From contig NC_059430.1 of NCBI RefSeq assembly GCF_021028975.2, positions 49,662,001 to 49,726,000 of the forward strand: a stretch of 64,000 bases of DNA, given 5' to 3'. Under the pieces are notes generated by a model. It did not search any database, was not told the DNA's origin, and was given only the letters and a program-made list of their open reading frames with translations. This document shows, piece after piece, positions 26,039 through 38,932 of this stretch; position 1 is the stretch's first letter; each line of letters begins with the position of its first letter. This DNA is from Sphaerodactylus townsendi. Its lineage: Eukaryota. The translations under genes and the position numbers were made by a program.

Positions 26039-26800
26039 TGTCTGGACACGAGCCCCAGCGCGGCGCCCGGACTTGTTCCAGGGCCACTTGAGGCTGTGGC
26101 CGGAGAAGGGACGGCACGCTGCCAGGCCGATCCATCGCCTCCCCTTCCCGATGGTACGCCGCTGCCCCGACATGGCAATTCACCGGCACCCAGACCGGAT
26201 GCCATGTCGATACATCGACCTACCAATCCTTCAGCTGGGCGAACAGCCAATCGGTCGCCACAATTGTGCCCGGCCGAGGGACTGCGAGGGCGGGGCTCTG
26301 AGCCCCGCCGGGCTCACCCGGTTTCAGCTGAGCCTGATCTGGGGAGGCAGAAGCTGGGATGAGGCAGGGAGATGAGGGGAGGAAGGGTATATAAGGGGGT
26401 GGGAAAGGAAGCTCAGGGGCGTTGTCGGGGGAAGAGGGTGGAGGAGAGAGATGTGTGGAGGCAGGGAAGGAGGAAAGTGTAGCCCAGGAGGGCAGGGAGT
26501 GGGAGAGTCCTAGAGGCCAGCCATGCTGGGGAGCAAGCTGTGGGACTTCTGTTGCGTCCTGACCCTGTGAAGGTGCCACAGGGGAGGGAGAGTGGGGAGC
26601 CCAGTAGGCGGGCCCACCCTCGCTCAGTGAGGCAATGGAGCGGGGGGAAAGGTACGGGAAGGGTGTCGGGTAGCCTAGTGCTGAGGCACCCTGTGGGCGA
26701 GGTTATTTAAGATCTCGGCTGGGGAGGACAACCCCCAGGTAAAGGGAGGAGGGACAGCATACTCGCCCCAGGGGGACGGGCGGTCAGGGGAGGTGCCACA
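26039..26800 (+). mobile_element. Probable CpG-rich solo LTR
   Basis: Sharp GC/CpG-rich block bounded by TGT...ACA with 5-bp flanks ATAAT/AGAAT. CCAAT (26224, 26247), GGGCGGGG (26288) and TATATAAG (26388) occur in promoter order. Confidence 0.5.
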
Positions 26801-27154
26801 AGAATGTTTGAATATTCCCTCAACCCCACTGCACACATAAAAACCCAACCCAAGGAGTAACTTTTCCTGCCAAGCCTTCTCCCAGACCTTTTTTTTAAAA
26901 AATACAGTGCACATAATTTTGACTTGGGGAAACACCAAACACATCTCATGCTCTTGATAAAGTACAGCCCAATAAAAGCTTTATTTGGTAATTATGCTGC
27001 TGGAAGCTTGACTCAATAAAGGAAGCCACAGTCCTCAAGCATGACCTGAGCAAGACTATAAGCCAGAGGATGGTTTTGGGGTTTTTGAGGATGTTTTTGA
27101 GGTCCTTAATTCATAAGTCAGAAGTGAATTAACAGCACATAATGCATTTGGACA

Positions 27155-27431
27155 TGGTTAAAAAGGTGAACTCTAATCTAGAGAACCAGGTTTGATTCCC
27201 CACTCCTCCACATGAATGGTGCTCTTTATCTGTTGAACTAGATTTCTTTCCCTGCTCCTCCACATGAAGCTTGCTGGGTGACCTTGGGCTAGTCACAGTT
27301 CTCTGTGAACTTTCTTAACCCCACCTACCTCACAATGTGTCTGTTGTGAGGAAAGGAAGGGAAGGAGATTATAAACTGCTGTGAGACCCCTTACAGTAGA
27401 GAAAGGATAAATCCAAAATCTTCTTTTTTCC
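27155..27431 (+). mobile_element. tRNA-derived SINE with (TTC)n tail
   Basis: ctctaatctagagaaccaggtttgattcccc head; ctgggtgaccttgggctagtcacag core; cctacctcacaatgtgtctgttgtgagg. Confidence 0.85.
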
Positions 27432-27544
27432 TCCAAGGTGTAAAATCAGCCTCTTTGGGAAGGCCAAGTGCATCAGATATGGGGCAGGTCCACTTGTGGC
27501 TTTTGGTAAAGCCAAGTATAACACAGCTCCCAGTATTAAATGCA

Positions 27545-28037
27545 CAGGGCTGTTTAGCTTAGAAAAAAAGCCAATAAGGAGAAATATGATAGTCTATAAA
27601 ATTTTGCATGGAATGGAAAGCATGGACAGGGAGAAGCTTTTCTGCCTTCACCATAATACTAGAATGCAGGGTCATCTGCTGAAGCTGAAGGTGAGAAATT
27701 CAAAACAGCCCAAAGGAAGTATTTCTTCACACAACATATAGTTAAATTGTGGAACTCCCTGCCCCAGGATATGATGATGTCTGCCAACTTGGAAGGTTTT
27801 AAGGTGGGAGTGGACATGTTCATGGAGAAAAGGGCTATCACGGCTAATAGTCAAAATGGATACCCATTCTCTGCAGTATCAGAGGAGCATACCTATCATA
27901 TCAGGTGCTGTGTAACACAGGCGTGATAATGTTGCTGCAGTTGTCTTGTGGGCTTCCTGGTTATCTACTGTGAGAACTGACTGCTGGATTTGATGGAGCT
28001 TGGTCTGATCCACCTTGGCTTTTCTTATGTTCTTATG
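27545..28037 (+). mobile_element. CR1 LINE 3' end
   Basis: GLFSLEKK...MIVYKILHG...WNSLP-type sequence followed by 3' UTR and a (TTCTTATG)2 terminal repeat. Confidence 0.92.
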
Positions 28038-30399
28038 AAGTAGTAAATGCAACCCTTATTGCATAAACACTTCCTTGAGTTTGAAGTTCCCCATCTTTAC
28101 TTTCACCTTCTTTAAGGAAGCTATGGGGCATGCTCTATACCTTTAGAAAGTACTTAGGTCATCTTCAGAGGCTTTGCTCATCTGTCTCTGAGGCAACATG
28201 TAGCCTTGCAAAGCAGGATGGTCTGGAGCTGGTGGCACAAAGGTTGTGGCACACTCTCCCAAAATGCTGCCTTCCTGTTGTCTCTTGAAAAAATAAATGA
28301 AAATGGTATTCTTCCAGACAACATATAAATTATTAAATTACTATGGATTTCTGTCTATTTGTTAATCTATTATTGTCAGGGGATGCTAGATTGAGATACT
28401 TCCCTGGAACCATGCAACTGCTTAAAATAACAAATTGCTGCTTCTAGAAAGATATATGTAACCAGCCTGCTATATGTATCCACTGCCATCTGTGCATTCT
28501 TTCCTTGATCTTTACTTTATGGCTTCACATGCTTTGTAGGCAACTAGGCTCCCCCAGGTACTCCTGTCCCATGGGAACTGTGCTACATTCATTATCTTGT
28601 AGGGCAGGAAGCCAGATGGCTTTCTCTTGCTATCTGCTACTGACCTTGGGGTGCCTTAACTCCAAAGACTGTTTTTCACAAATTTTTGGGAAAACAGGAG
28701 GGGGATTCTCTATGGGGGATAAAGGGGATTGTGAATGCCAGCTTCGTCAGAACAGGCTTTGCAAAGTGTGGTGCTTTGATGCCTATTCAATAAACAGTAC
28801 TGATCAATACTTCAGAGGTCTCCTGTAGAGGCATTGGTTGGTTTCATGAGCAAGGTTACAGTATTTTGTCACTGCTAACCATCCTGGGATCATACCCTGT
28901 GATTTTGAAAAATAGCATGTGTTATAAAATTATGTAGTGAACTGTGATCTAAAACTTATGCTTTAGTCATGAGAGGATTCTGCCACACCTTATTTAATCT
29001 CAAGGGGTACAAACTGAACTTGTTTTCTGTATGAAGACAAGTAAAACAGTGGTTTTTTACTAAGTAGCATTTTGTGCAAAAATGACCCAATGGCTGGTTG
29101 GAGACTGTCATGTGTGCATGAAAACAAGTACATATCTGTATACTGGCAGCTTAAATATTATAAACCATGAAGATGTGAACAGAAATGTGTCTGCAGCTTT
29201 ATGCAGGGATTAGGTAACCAGGAAAAAATGAGACTGCATTAGTGGGCAATGTGGGACTGGGCCGAATGCCTAAAAATTGTATTTGATATCAAGGAATATT
29301 GAGTTTGTAAGAACCAGAGAAATGAATTTATAAAATCAAAGATTTGCTCTGAATAGAGGCCAGCATGGTCAAACTGCATGTCAGCAGACACATAGTGATC
29401 ATGCAGGCAAGGAAAGATTAAAATCTTTCAGATCTTGTCAATAAGGGTCACTTCAGATATATGACAGAAGACATACACTTATTATTTGTTTTGTCTGAAC
29501 TAGCTATAGGGGATAGCTACATGAATAAACAAGGGATCAGAGGTTAGAATAGAAGGACTTTGATTAGTTAATTGAATAGTGTTTTTATATTTAATGATAA
29601 TGAGAGATTTCTATTTAGTGGTATTGTAATATAATTGTTAAAAGCATGTTTTAACATTTTAAAATGGGAAAAGGGGAACTTTATGATTCTAAGGAATGTA
29701 TGTAAAACCTGTATACCCTAGAGGTATTTCTCTTCAGGAGCAAACTTAGAAAAGTAGGAAAACTGGTTATCCTTGGAAACCAGAAAAGGCAGAAGTTAGT
29801 TTTATTGCAGCCCTTTGCATATGGGCAGGGGAGGGACAAACACAGGAGCTGAAGAGCAGATGACATGCAGCATTTGTGACAATGTTTTAGTCAGAGAAGC
29901 AATTTGATTCAGAGGCTGTCTTAATGTGACACGTAAGAAATAGGGGCAGACAAGCCAATGAGATTTTAAGATTCATTCAGAAAGCACGTGAAAGGGGAAT
30001 GATCTTATGGGATACGTTTACAGGTACGATTATATGACATATGTATTCTTTGTATCTATAAAAATGAAGTCTTTATTTGGTTAAGGCGTAACTTTGTTAG
30101 AGATACCTATGCTGTCCAGTAAACCTATCTGTTTCTTTCAAACCTGCTTCTTGGGTATTTTCTAACTTAGTCTTAAAACAACTCAACTGTGCAGGACCAG
30201 AGATGCGGTCCTGGCCCCACAGCAGGAAAAAACAAAGGAGAGCAAGGTGCAAGGTCGAGAATTTATTTACCTCTTCCATATCCCTATGCATTTCACAATT
30301 GGCTTCATCAAGGGATCTAATCGAAAACTACAGTCATAAAATCATTAAAATGTATAGCATGTCAGTAATTATATAATTAGTTAATTTTTAAAAAATAAT

Positions 30400-31170
30400 A
30401 TTATAAAATTGCATCTTGCTCACACCTGCTCACTTTTCCAGTGCATTCAGATCTTGCTGAATTCTATCTTTATCTTCTGAAGTGTGATCTGTAAATTTAA
30501 TAAGTAGTCCTTCATCCCCCTCATCCAGATCATTTATAAAAACATTTAAAAGTACCAGACCCAAAAATAAGCCCTGTGACACCTTCCTCCAATCAAATGA
30601 AATGCCATTGACCCCTACATTTTAGTGCAGTCTCCAACCATTTCCCTATCCACCTACAGTCCTAGAGTCTAGTCTGCAGTACTCGAGCTTACCTATCAGA
30701 ATATCATGTGGGACCAGTGGCATAGCTACCACAGGACAGGGTGGGGACAGGTGCCCCAGGCTGATGCCGTTGGGGTCATGTGGGGGCAGAAAACTCCCCC
30801 ATACCCTCCTCCCCCTTGCCACACCCTGCCTTGCCAGGCCCAGCAGAGGCTGCTGCTGGGCCAGCCTCACCTGGCCAGGACTGGAAGAGGCCGCTGCGCA
30901 TGCCCCTGCCCGGTCCCGCCTTGCCAGGTCCCACCACTAGCTAAGGTAAGTAGGGCTCATGGGGCTCATGGGGGCAGAAAACTTGGAGTCTGTGTGGGAC
31001 CCTGTCAAAAAGCTTACTGAAGTCAAGATAGACAGTATTGACAGTGCTCTCATGATCCCGTAAGTTCATCAGTCTATTAAAAAAGGAAACGAGGTTGGTC
31101 TATTATGACCTATTAGGAAGAAATTCACACTGGCTTCTCTAGATCATCAAACTGTCCTTCAGAAGCCTGC
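30400..31170 (-). mobile_element. CR1 LINE reverse-transcriptase fragment interrupted by a hAT MITE
   Basis: Minus strand reads LLNVFINDLDEGDEGLLIKFTDH...DRIQQDLNALEK, a decayed FINDLD...KFADD motif. Boundaries are approximate. Confidence 0.88.
30715..30992. mobile_element. hAT MITE nested in CR1
   Basis: Left TIR CAGTGGCATAGCTACC; TSD TGTGGGAC at 30707-30714 and 30993-31000. Confidence 0.82.
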
Positions 31171-31734
31171 AAACTGACCCCTTTAAAATCGGCTCCAGTA
31201 TTTTCCCTGGAAAAGAAATCTGAGTGACTGGTTTGTATACTGATCCTCAGGTGAAGTGACCGGAAATAAGTTGAATATGCAATGAGATGAAAAATATTCC
31301 ATTGTGCTTTTACAGTGAAAAGATTTAGGAATGTGTTCTGGCATTGCTTGTTCCAAATCAGCCAAAGTTCAGTCATATGAGAGAAATTCAAGTTTAATTT
31401 TAACAATAGAAGTGCTATTATTGACAGCAATAATACCCTGGATACTGCAGCGGCCTCCCCTTTACAGCTTCTCTATTATTCAAAATCCTCATTCAGAAAC
31501 TCAAATTACTGTGCCTGACACCAATTAAAGAAAAAAAAATACAGAAATCCCCTGTGACACCTAACAGCCTTGAATAAAATAATGCCAAAAATAATTGACA
31601 GGAAGCAATTTACTATGTGTGAAAACTGTTGGAAATGGATCAGTAGAAGCAGTGAGGCCAATTTTATCCCATGTGCACACCTCAAGGCATTGAGTACATA
31701 CTGAGAAAATTTTTGGACTATGAATTGCTTACTT

Positions 31735-31941
31735 CCGTGGTGGCGAACCTTTGGCACTCCAGATGTTATGGACTACAATTCCCATCAGCCCCTGCCAGCA
31801 TGCACTATCCTTGAAGGTACAGGCCTATTGTCTAGGTCACAGTGGTGGTGAACCTATGGCACTCCAATTGGCCATGCTGGCAGGGGCTGATGGGAATTGT
31901 AGTCCATGAACATCTGGAGTGCCAAAGGTTCGCCACCACTG
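31735..31941. mobile_element. Palindromic hAT MITE carrying a templated insertion
   Basis: TIR C(C/A)GTGGTGGCGAACCTTTGGCACTCCAGATG; perfect TSD GCTTACTT (31727-31734, 31942-31949); 31801-31866 duplicates 38894-38959. Confidence 0.92.
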
Positions 31942-34900
31942 GCTTACTTGGTTGAGCTCTGTGTGCAGAACATGAACATGGTGCCGGCTGAATAGCAGAA
32001 CACATAACTATGCATTTTATACATACAGGTCCCAGATTTCAGCAACTTCTCTTGCACAATGGCATTGCCATGAATAGGATCACAATGACCCATTTGTGCC
32101 ACATGATAATTTCATTTAATGGGGCTTTTGCTTCATTCCTAGTTAACTGAACCAATGGAATTCTGAAATCACTGAATCTGGAGGAGACTGACTAAATTAG
32201 AACTACATAGCTTGTAGATAAAGATGTATATGAAAGTATGTATATTTGGTCACTTAAAGTGTCAAGGAAGAAATAAAAAATATATATTCCCCAAAAATTT
32301 GAAGACTACTCTTTGGTGCATTTAGTTCAATATATTGATCGCTTCAGAAAACTGACACCTTTTTTTCTACTTTGCCTTGAAATTTAGGATGCGAGCAGCC
32401 TTCTCATAATAATGGCCAGTACATATTAAGTATACATAACAACAAGTGTGAGCATACATACATATATGTGTGCTTTATTATCAGCAGACTTAAAGTGAAG
32501 CTAGTTAGAAAAGAAGGCCTAGTAGTCTTCCTGCACTCACTGAAGCCTCCTGACTCTTAGGAAAAGAAAACTGTCCACAGAAGATGTTCTTTCCAATAGG
32601 ATGGTTTTACTTAGCAGTTGCAAGGTTACACAAGACTATACTAGATAAGACTACAATGCTATACAGAACACTTCAGCAATACTATAACACTAGAACTACA
32701 ACAGACTGGAAGAGTAGAATAGAATAGAAGAAAATACTGCATATATACAATGCACAGCTTTATACATTCAAGCTAGGTACCGTACTTTTCCCGGCAACAG
32801 TCTCCCATTGGACCAGAGTCACAGTTGAATGAACCAATCACATTAAAGGTCAACTGTAGCTGGTTGCCCCCAGACTTCCTGGCTCCTGGCCCTTGTTGCT
32901 GGGCAAACCTTTTGCTGCCTAGAAGATGACCCTGTGAATCTTTATTTTATATATCATGACATTTATGTAATATGGGAATTTAAAAAGACAGTCTGGGGTG
33001 AAGGATGAAACTTCAGGGCCTTAAAAACATTAAAGAGTCTCCTTGGTGTTGTTATCCAGGATGGAGATGCAGTCTTTTAATAATGTGGGGAAAATTAGCG
33101 CAGAGCAGACTGCTTATTAATACTGCAAGAGGCTTGGTAGGGAATTTTTAATATCAATGTATACAGCTCTTGGAAGAAAATCCACACAGAGGAATATAAT
33201 GCAAATTTTACAGTTTTTATTGTAGGGTTAAGAGGTTCACAAGCACTTGATTCAATGCAATAAACACACAGAGAGAGTTCCTAAGATATAAATAGGTTGG
33301 AAAATAGATTTGGAATAGAAAGAGGTATGGGATATATATATGTGGGTAATACAACCTGATCGCAGCATGAAGAAGAAACAGGGTTTGGAACTAAATGGCC
33401 AGCATCTGGTTGCAGGGGTCAATGCATTGGGCACAGTGACAAAGACAGAAAGGTGTCAATGACACTACAAGATGAATGAAGAAGCCGAAAAAGCAAATGA
33501 AGAAGGTTTTGATAATGATGATGAACTTTAAATGATTGCATGGCAGTTCTACATTGTTTCCCACAAGTAGACAAGTTTTGGGACTGCATATTCTAAGCAT
33601 TACAGTACATGTCCTAATGGGTGATGCTAACCTTTGTGGGTAGAGACAGAAAAACTGGAACAAACAAACAGAACTGAAGGAGGAGGAAAAACAAGTTTCT
33701 GAATTCATCCCTCTCTCTTTTAAAAAATGGATAATTGGAAAATATTGAAAAAAATCTATTCCTGAAATATTTTTCTTTTATAATTAGTGAATTTAAAAAA
33801 ATGTTTTTAGCTTACTCCCATAAAGCTTACTGATAACTATGTCATCACTATTTAAAACCATTAAGGAACTATCAGTACTAACATTTACAGTATTCCAGTT
33901 ACAGCTTTAATGCTGTCAACACATCAGATCTTCCTGTCTGGCTTTGGATTCCCACATTTATTGCAGCATGTGAAAGAAATCAGTCTGGATTTGAACATAG
34001 AAACACCATATGAAGAGATAAGCAGTCATATGAAAAAAAGTCAAGAACATTGAAAGCAACTGTTTTTCAAAAAACTAAACCTGGTTAGAGAAATAAACTT
34101 TTTGTGGTAGAAATTTCAGGGATATATTATCTATTGTTTAAATGGCTTGTGAGTTTCACATTGTTAATTTTGTGCACAGATCCTATGACACTATGTGTGA
34201 TGACAATATATTGCTTTACAGATCAGTTTTACTCTAAAGTTCAATTCAATACCTAGATAGCAAATAATTTTTGATCTGATTATTTTTTTTCAGATTTTCC
34301 AGTTTTGTTTTCCTGAAAACAATCCATCCAAACAAGTTGTATTCCTCCTAAGGCTTTGCAATATCAAGAAATTGTCCATCTACCGGTACACTGAATCCCC
34401 TTATCCAGGATTAAATCTCATTCCATATTAATGAATAGATTAAATAGCATTAGAAATGAGAGCTGTGCTGATATCGAAACAACTGGTGTTAGATCTGACT
34501 TTATTCCCCAGTGCAGCTTGAAACACCTGAACTATTAAAAAGTTTCCATGAAAAGCCTCTGTGAGGGGCTCAACCCCATAAGAATAAACTGGCTTCTGGA
34601 ATCCTCACTTTTTGGGGCGGGGTGGTGGTGGTGGTGGTGGAGTGGAGCATCTTGGCTTTGTAAAATTACTTCAGTGATCACAGTGATCACAGCAAAAGAA
34701 CTTTTTTTTAAAAAAAGTATTGACTGTTAAATACGTGAGCCTGGGAAACCAATTGATATCTATAATAAAATAGAGCTGATTGTTTTAACAGATAGAAGCA
34801 TATTTGTCATTCTGCTGGTTTCATGGACTTCTAAGGTTCCCCTTCCCTTCCGGTGATACTTTTATGTCTTCTGTTTTAGCTGGCATTGGATCAGGGTCCT

Positions 34901-35901
34901 GTCCTTCAGGAGTTCAGCTGGCACTTGTAAAGATGGTTATTCACAGCAGATGCCAGATCTGGAATGTAACAAGGGATCCCCTTCCAGTGATTCATGTGTG
35001 ATGCCGGAAACCCTACTAACTATTTATATTGTTTCTATTTTTAAATTTTAAGAGTCGACAAGTGGAATACTTTGAGATGGAAAGCTACCTGGATCATCTA
35101 GGTGGAAGATGGTTCTGGAAGAAAATCTTTTCTCTTAACCATCAACGAAGAAATTACAGTAGCTTATGGAGAGAAAATTTCATCCTGGGAACATTAAACT
35201 GTGAAAAGCAGATTTGGTAATCTGAATTCTTTTAAAACAATCATTATGAAAATGTAGGTGGAGAATACAAGCATGCATTGGTATGTTTGGATCATTTTAA
35301 TGACTGTCATGGTACAAACAATTCTACACTATTTAGCTTGCTCAGAATTCAAAAAGCTTAATCAACCACGTATAAACAATTTAGAAGGAAAATATTGCTT
35401 GTTTAATAGTTCACATTTATAAAAAATGAATTGAGCATTTTCTTATGCAATGAAGGCATGGTTAATGGCTGACCCCCTACAGGGATAGTTGACATGTGTC
35501 AGGATGCCATTTGCTGGGATGGGGGAAATTGTTGGGGAGAGCTTTAGCTTTTTGCAGATTCCACTTATCTCTTACTCTGGTCTTGGAGCTCTGCGGCTGG
35601 GACGAGCTCTCAGACTGGACTCTTTCTATTGCCCTAGTTCACATGTGGGGATGGGGATTCGCTGCAATATATTATCAACAGTTTTGGCGCCCTTTCCCCA
35701 GAACTGTCTTCTGCTGTCTTCTGCTGTCTTTCTCATATCTTCAATAAAATCCTTGAAACATCAAGTGAGTTATTGTCTGCACGGGGAAACTGATACGCTA
35801 GGAAGCTGCTGGATTAACTGGAAATCCAGGTGCCCTGGTGGTGTTTGGAAGTTTATGTGATGGCTCTACTAATGGTCCAGTCAATGAATTTGGAAGGGGA
35901 T

Positions 35902-37257
35902 CAAGGATGTAGGTAAGGGGGGGGGGTTTCCCAGGTTCAACCCCCCCATTACATGTCCAAAGCTCCTAAGCTCGTTCGTGTGTTTTTGTATTGTAAGTGT
36001 TTTTTCAGTTATTGGCCTGCAGGGGGCGCATTGTTTAGGCTAGCAGCATCAAACTTTCAGGGATTTTTCGGGAGACTCTCCTAATATTACCACCCAGGTT
36101 TGGTTCAGTTCAGTTCAGGGAGTCCAAAGTTATGGACTCCCAAAAGGGGTGCCACCATCCCCATTGTTTCCAATGGGAGCTAATAGGAGATGGGGGCTAC
36201 ACTTTTGAGAGTCCATAACTTTAAACCCCCTGAGCCAAACTTCACCAAACCTGGGTGGTATCATCAGGAGAGTCTCCTAAAGATACCCTGAAAGTTTTGG
36301 GCTGCTAGATTAACAATTGCACCCATGAAAGCAGGCATCCCCCAAAATTCCCCAGATTCTTCTTTTAAAGCCACCCGCTCTGGCATGGATTTAAAGGGAG
36401 AATCTGCGGTCCCCAGTTTAAACATTAAAAGTTATGCTGTTTCAGGGTGGGGGAGAATCCACCCCAAAAACCATCATTTTCAATGTTGTTTTAACTGGGG
36501 ACCCCAGATTCTCCCTTCAAGGTGTATTTAAAAGAAGAATCTGGGCTCCCTAGTTTAACCACCATTGAAAGTGATGCTGTTTGGAGGTGGATTCCACTGG
36601 AGGTGTTTTGTGAGAGATGATGCTGACATTTGTTTGGTAAATGTTTTGCTGGGGGTGATTTGTGAGAGATTTATATGGTTAATACCCACTTGCACTGGCT
36701 TGGAGCTGTTTCTCAGGCTAACAACCTACCTCATAAGGTTGGTGTGAGGACAAAATTAGGAAAGAGAGTTGGTGGGGAGAGAGCCATGTAGGTTTTGCTA
36801 AGGGTGGGAGGTGTTTTGTGAGCTGGTGCAAAAAATCATTGTTTGGTCATGGTGGGGGAGGGTGGCCACCCATATTAGGTGTGTGTGTGTGCCAAACTCA
36901 GGTTTTGTCCCCGGGTCCAGTTTGCCTAGATATGCCTCTGCTCTGGGGCTGGTGACAGCAGTCTCTTGTGGCCTCCCTGGAGGGGAGGGCAGAAGGGACT
37001 GCCAGGGACTCGCCAGGGACTCGCCGCCCTGAGCCCTCCGGGGGAGGGCGGCTTATAAATATAATAAATAAATAAATAAATAAATTGGGAGCCCAGCCGG
37101 TGGGGGGCGGGGGCGAAATAGGAGGCAGAGCCAGGCAGGGGCAGAGCTGAGGGGGTGGGCCTTGGGGAGGTGTGGCCATGCTCCCAGTAGCAGGTGGCGG
37201 TGTGACCCCATCCCTGAGCCCCCCTACCCTCCCAAAAAATGTATACTTACGTTACTG
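35902..37257. mobile_element. Composite 1.36-kb hAT-type non-autonomous element
   Basis: Degenerate TIRs CAAGGATGTAGGTA / TACTTACGTTACTG; TSD AAGGGGAT/AATGGGAT. Contains a long hairpin (36040-36308), a SINE piece, an internal hAT end (~36940) and a LINE tail. Confidence 0.65.
36013..36030 (+). promoter_or_regulatory. CTCF-like motif
   Basis: TGGCCTGCAGGGGGCGCA closely matches the CTCF core consensus. Motif match only; binding is not shown. Confidence 0.5.
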
Positions 37258-38698
37258 AATGGGATAACTTTGTTTAGGACTGCACTGCACCAATAGTAGG
37301 CTTCTGGAAACAAGTGTGTCATCCAGCACCTTCTCCCACTTTAAGATCCCTTGTAGCAAAAATGTGATTATATCACAAGATTTCTTGCTGAACATGGAAG
37401 TTTTCCTGTATTTGTGAGTTCATACCAAGATATCTGTTTGTCATTTCTGATTGCATAAGGCTTTTTTTTAAAAAAATTGACAGCTAATTAAACCAGTTAC
37501 AGAAATACTAGATTAGTACTTTTTAAATCAAGATTTAAGAGTTAATTTTCAAGGCTTGCTTTAAAAAGTATATTGAGCACATATTGGATGTATTTTGGTT
37601 CTCTTCAGTAGTAAAAAGTGGTCATTTATCTGGATCGTGATCCCTTGCTTAAGTTAGAAAAGTTTTAGAATAAGATAAGATTTCTGTTTTTCTATATAAA
37701 GGCATTGATGCCAAATGGAAGCTTTGTCACTGAGCCACAGCCCTCAGTTTATGTACGAATATGGTTATCAGAAGTGTGGAAACACTGGTACAGATATTTG
37801 CTGTTGTGCAAACATGTGCAAAGATGTGCAAAGGTAAGATGGTACTTTAGGAAAAACAATTATGTTTTAAATAGCTCTGAAAAGGCACTGGGTAATCCAG
37901 GAAAATGCAGAAGGGGAACTGAATCTGTGATGTTCCTTTGCAAAGTTTCTGGATTTCCAAGCACATTAAATAGTATTATGTAAGGAATTCGTCATTTTTA
38001 AAGAGTGCTATTTAAATATCTGCAGCTATGTATAACTGATTATAATCTCAAGAGTGTATATATAATGGCAATACTGAAATTCAGAGAATCTGTATTCAGT
38101 TACCCGTTGTAAGAGGTGCAGATGTTCATTGTCTTCAGGAATAATCACTCTCTAAATTTATCCTCTTTGCCATTGGTAGCAATATTTCTAGTAAAAAAAA
38201 TCTGTTCATTTTTTAAATGGAAAGATTGCCAGTGAAGGGGAGGAGTGAGAATGAGTGGGGGTAAGTTTGTAAAAGAAGGGATGGAGGGATATTGGCTGAA
38301 AGGGGGAAGAGGTAAGTAAGCAACGCTGAGGAATGAAATGCCCCCTCCTCACATATTCCTTGTGGGTTGTTGCTTTTTGTATCTAAAAGTAAAGTGACTG
38401 TCCCCCTTTAGGATCATGGAAAAATGGGTTACACAGAGACAGTGTAGGGTTGCCACATAGGGAACTTGCTACATATGTAGAAATATCTAGGGATCTGATG
38501 GGGAGGGGGGAGCGGTTGGCTGACTAGGTTTGAAAGGAACAATGCTTATTTCAAAGATAATAGGATTATTTGAACTGTGACTTTTATAGGTTTTATAATG
38601 GTTGTTATTATAGTGATTTTTGGTGATGTTTTATTTATATTGTAAATTGCCTTAAATTCTTCAAGGGAGAAAGGCAGCTAATAAATGTTTTAAATAAA

Positions 38699-38932
38699 TA
38701 TGCAGATGACACTCAATATCACACTCCCAGCTGATCCCAGGGAGGCTGTGGAAACCCTGAAATGGTGCCTGGGAGGCAGTTTTGAAATGGGTATGACTAA
38801 TAAACCAAAACTTAATTCCAACAAAAAAGAAGTGCTACTGGTTGGTAGAATGTCTGACCTGGGATTTAAGGTGGAGTTTATTCTGGATGAGGTTGCACTA
38901 TCCTTGAAGGTACAGGCCTATAGTCTAGGTCA
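38699..38932 (+). mobile_element. L2 LINE RT fragment
   Basis: tatgcagatgacactcaa = YADDTQ, then (frameshifted) NKPKLNSNKKEVLLV...LDEVALSLKVQAYSLG, typical of squamate L2. Confidence 0.85.

Noticed and set aside
32585-32961. Possible minus-strand solo LTR (TG...CA, TATA/CCAAT-like)
   Set aside because: No TSD or clear polyA signal; boundaries cannot be supported.
33330-33530. Frame ending in ...EEGFDNDDEL*, like an ER-retention tail
   Set aside because: Internal stop, no splice acceptor, and purine-rich low complexity explains it.
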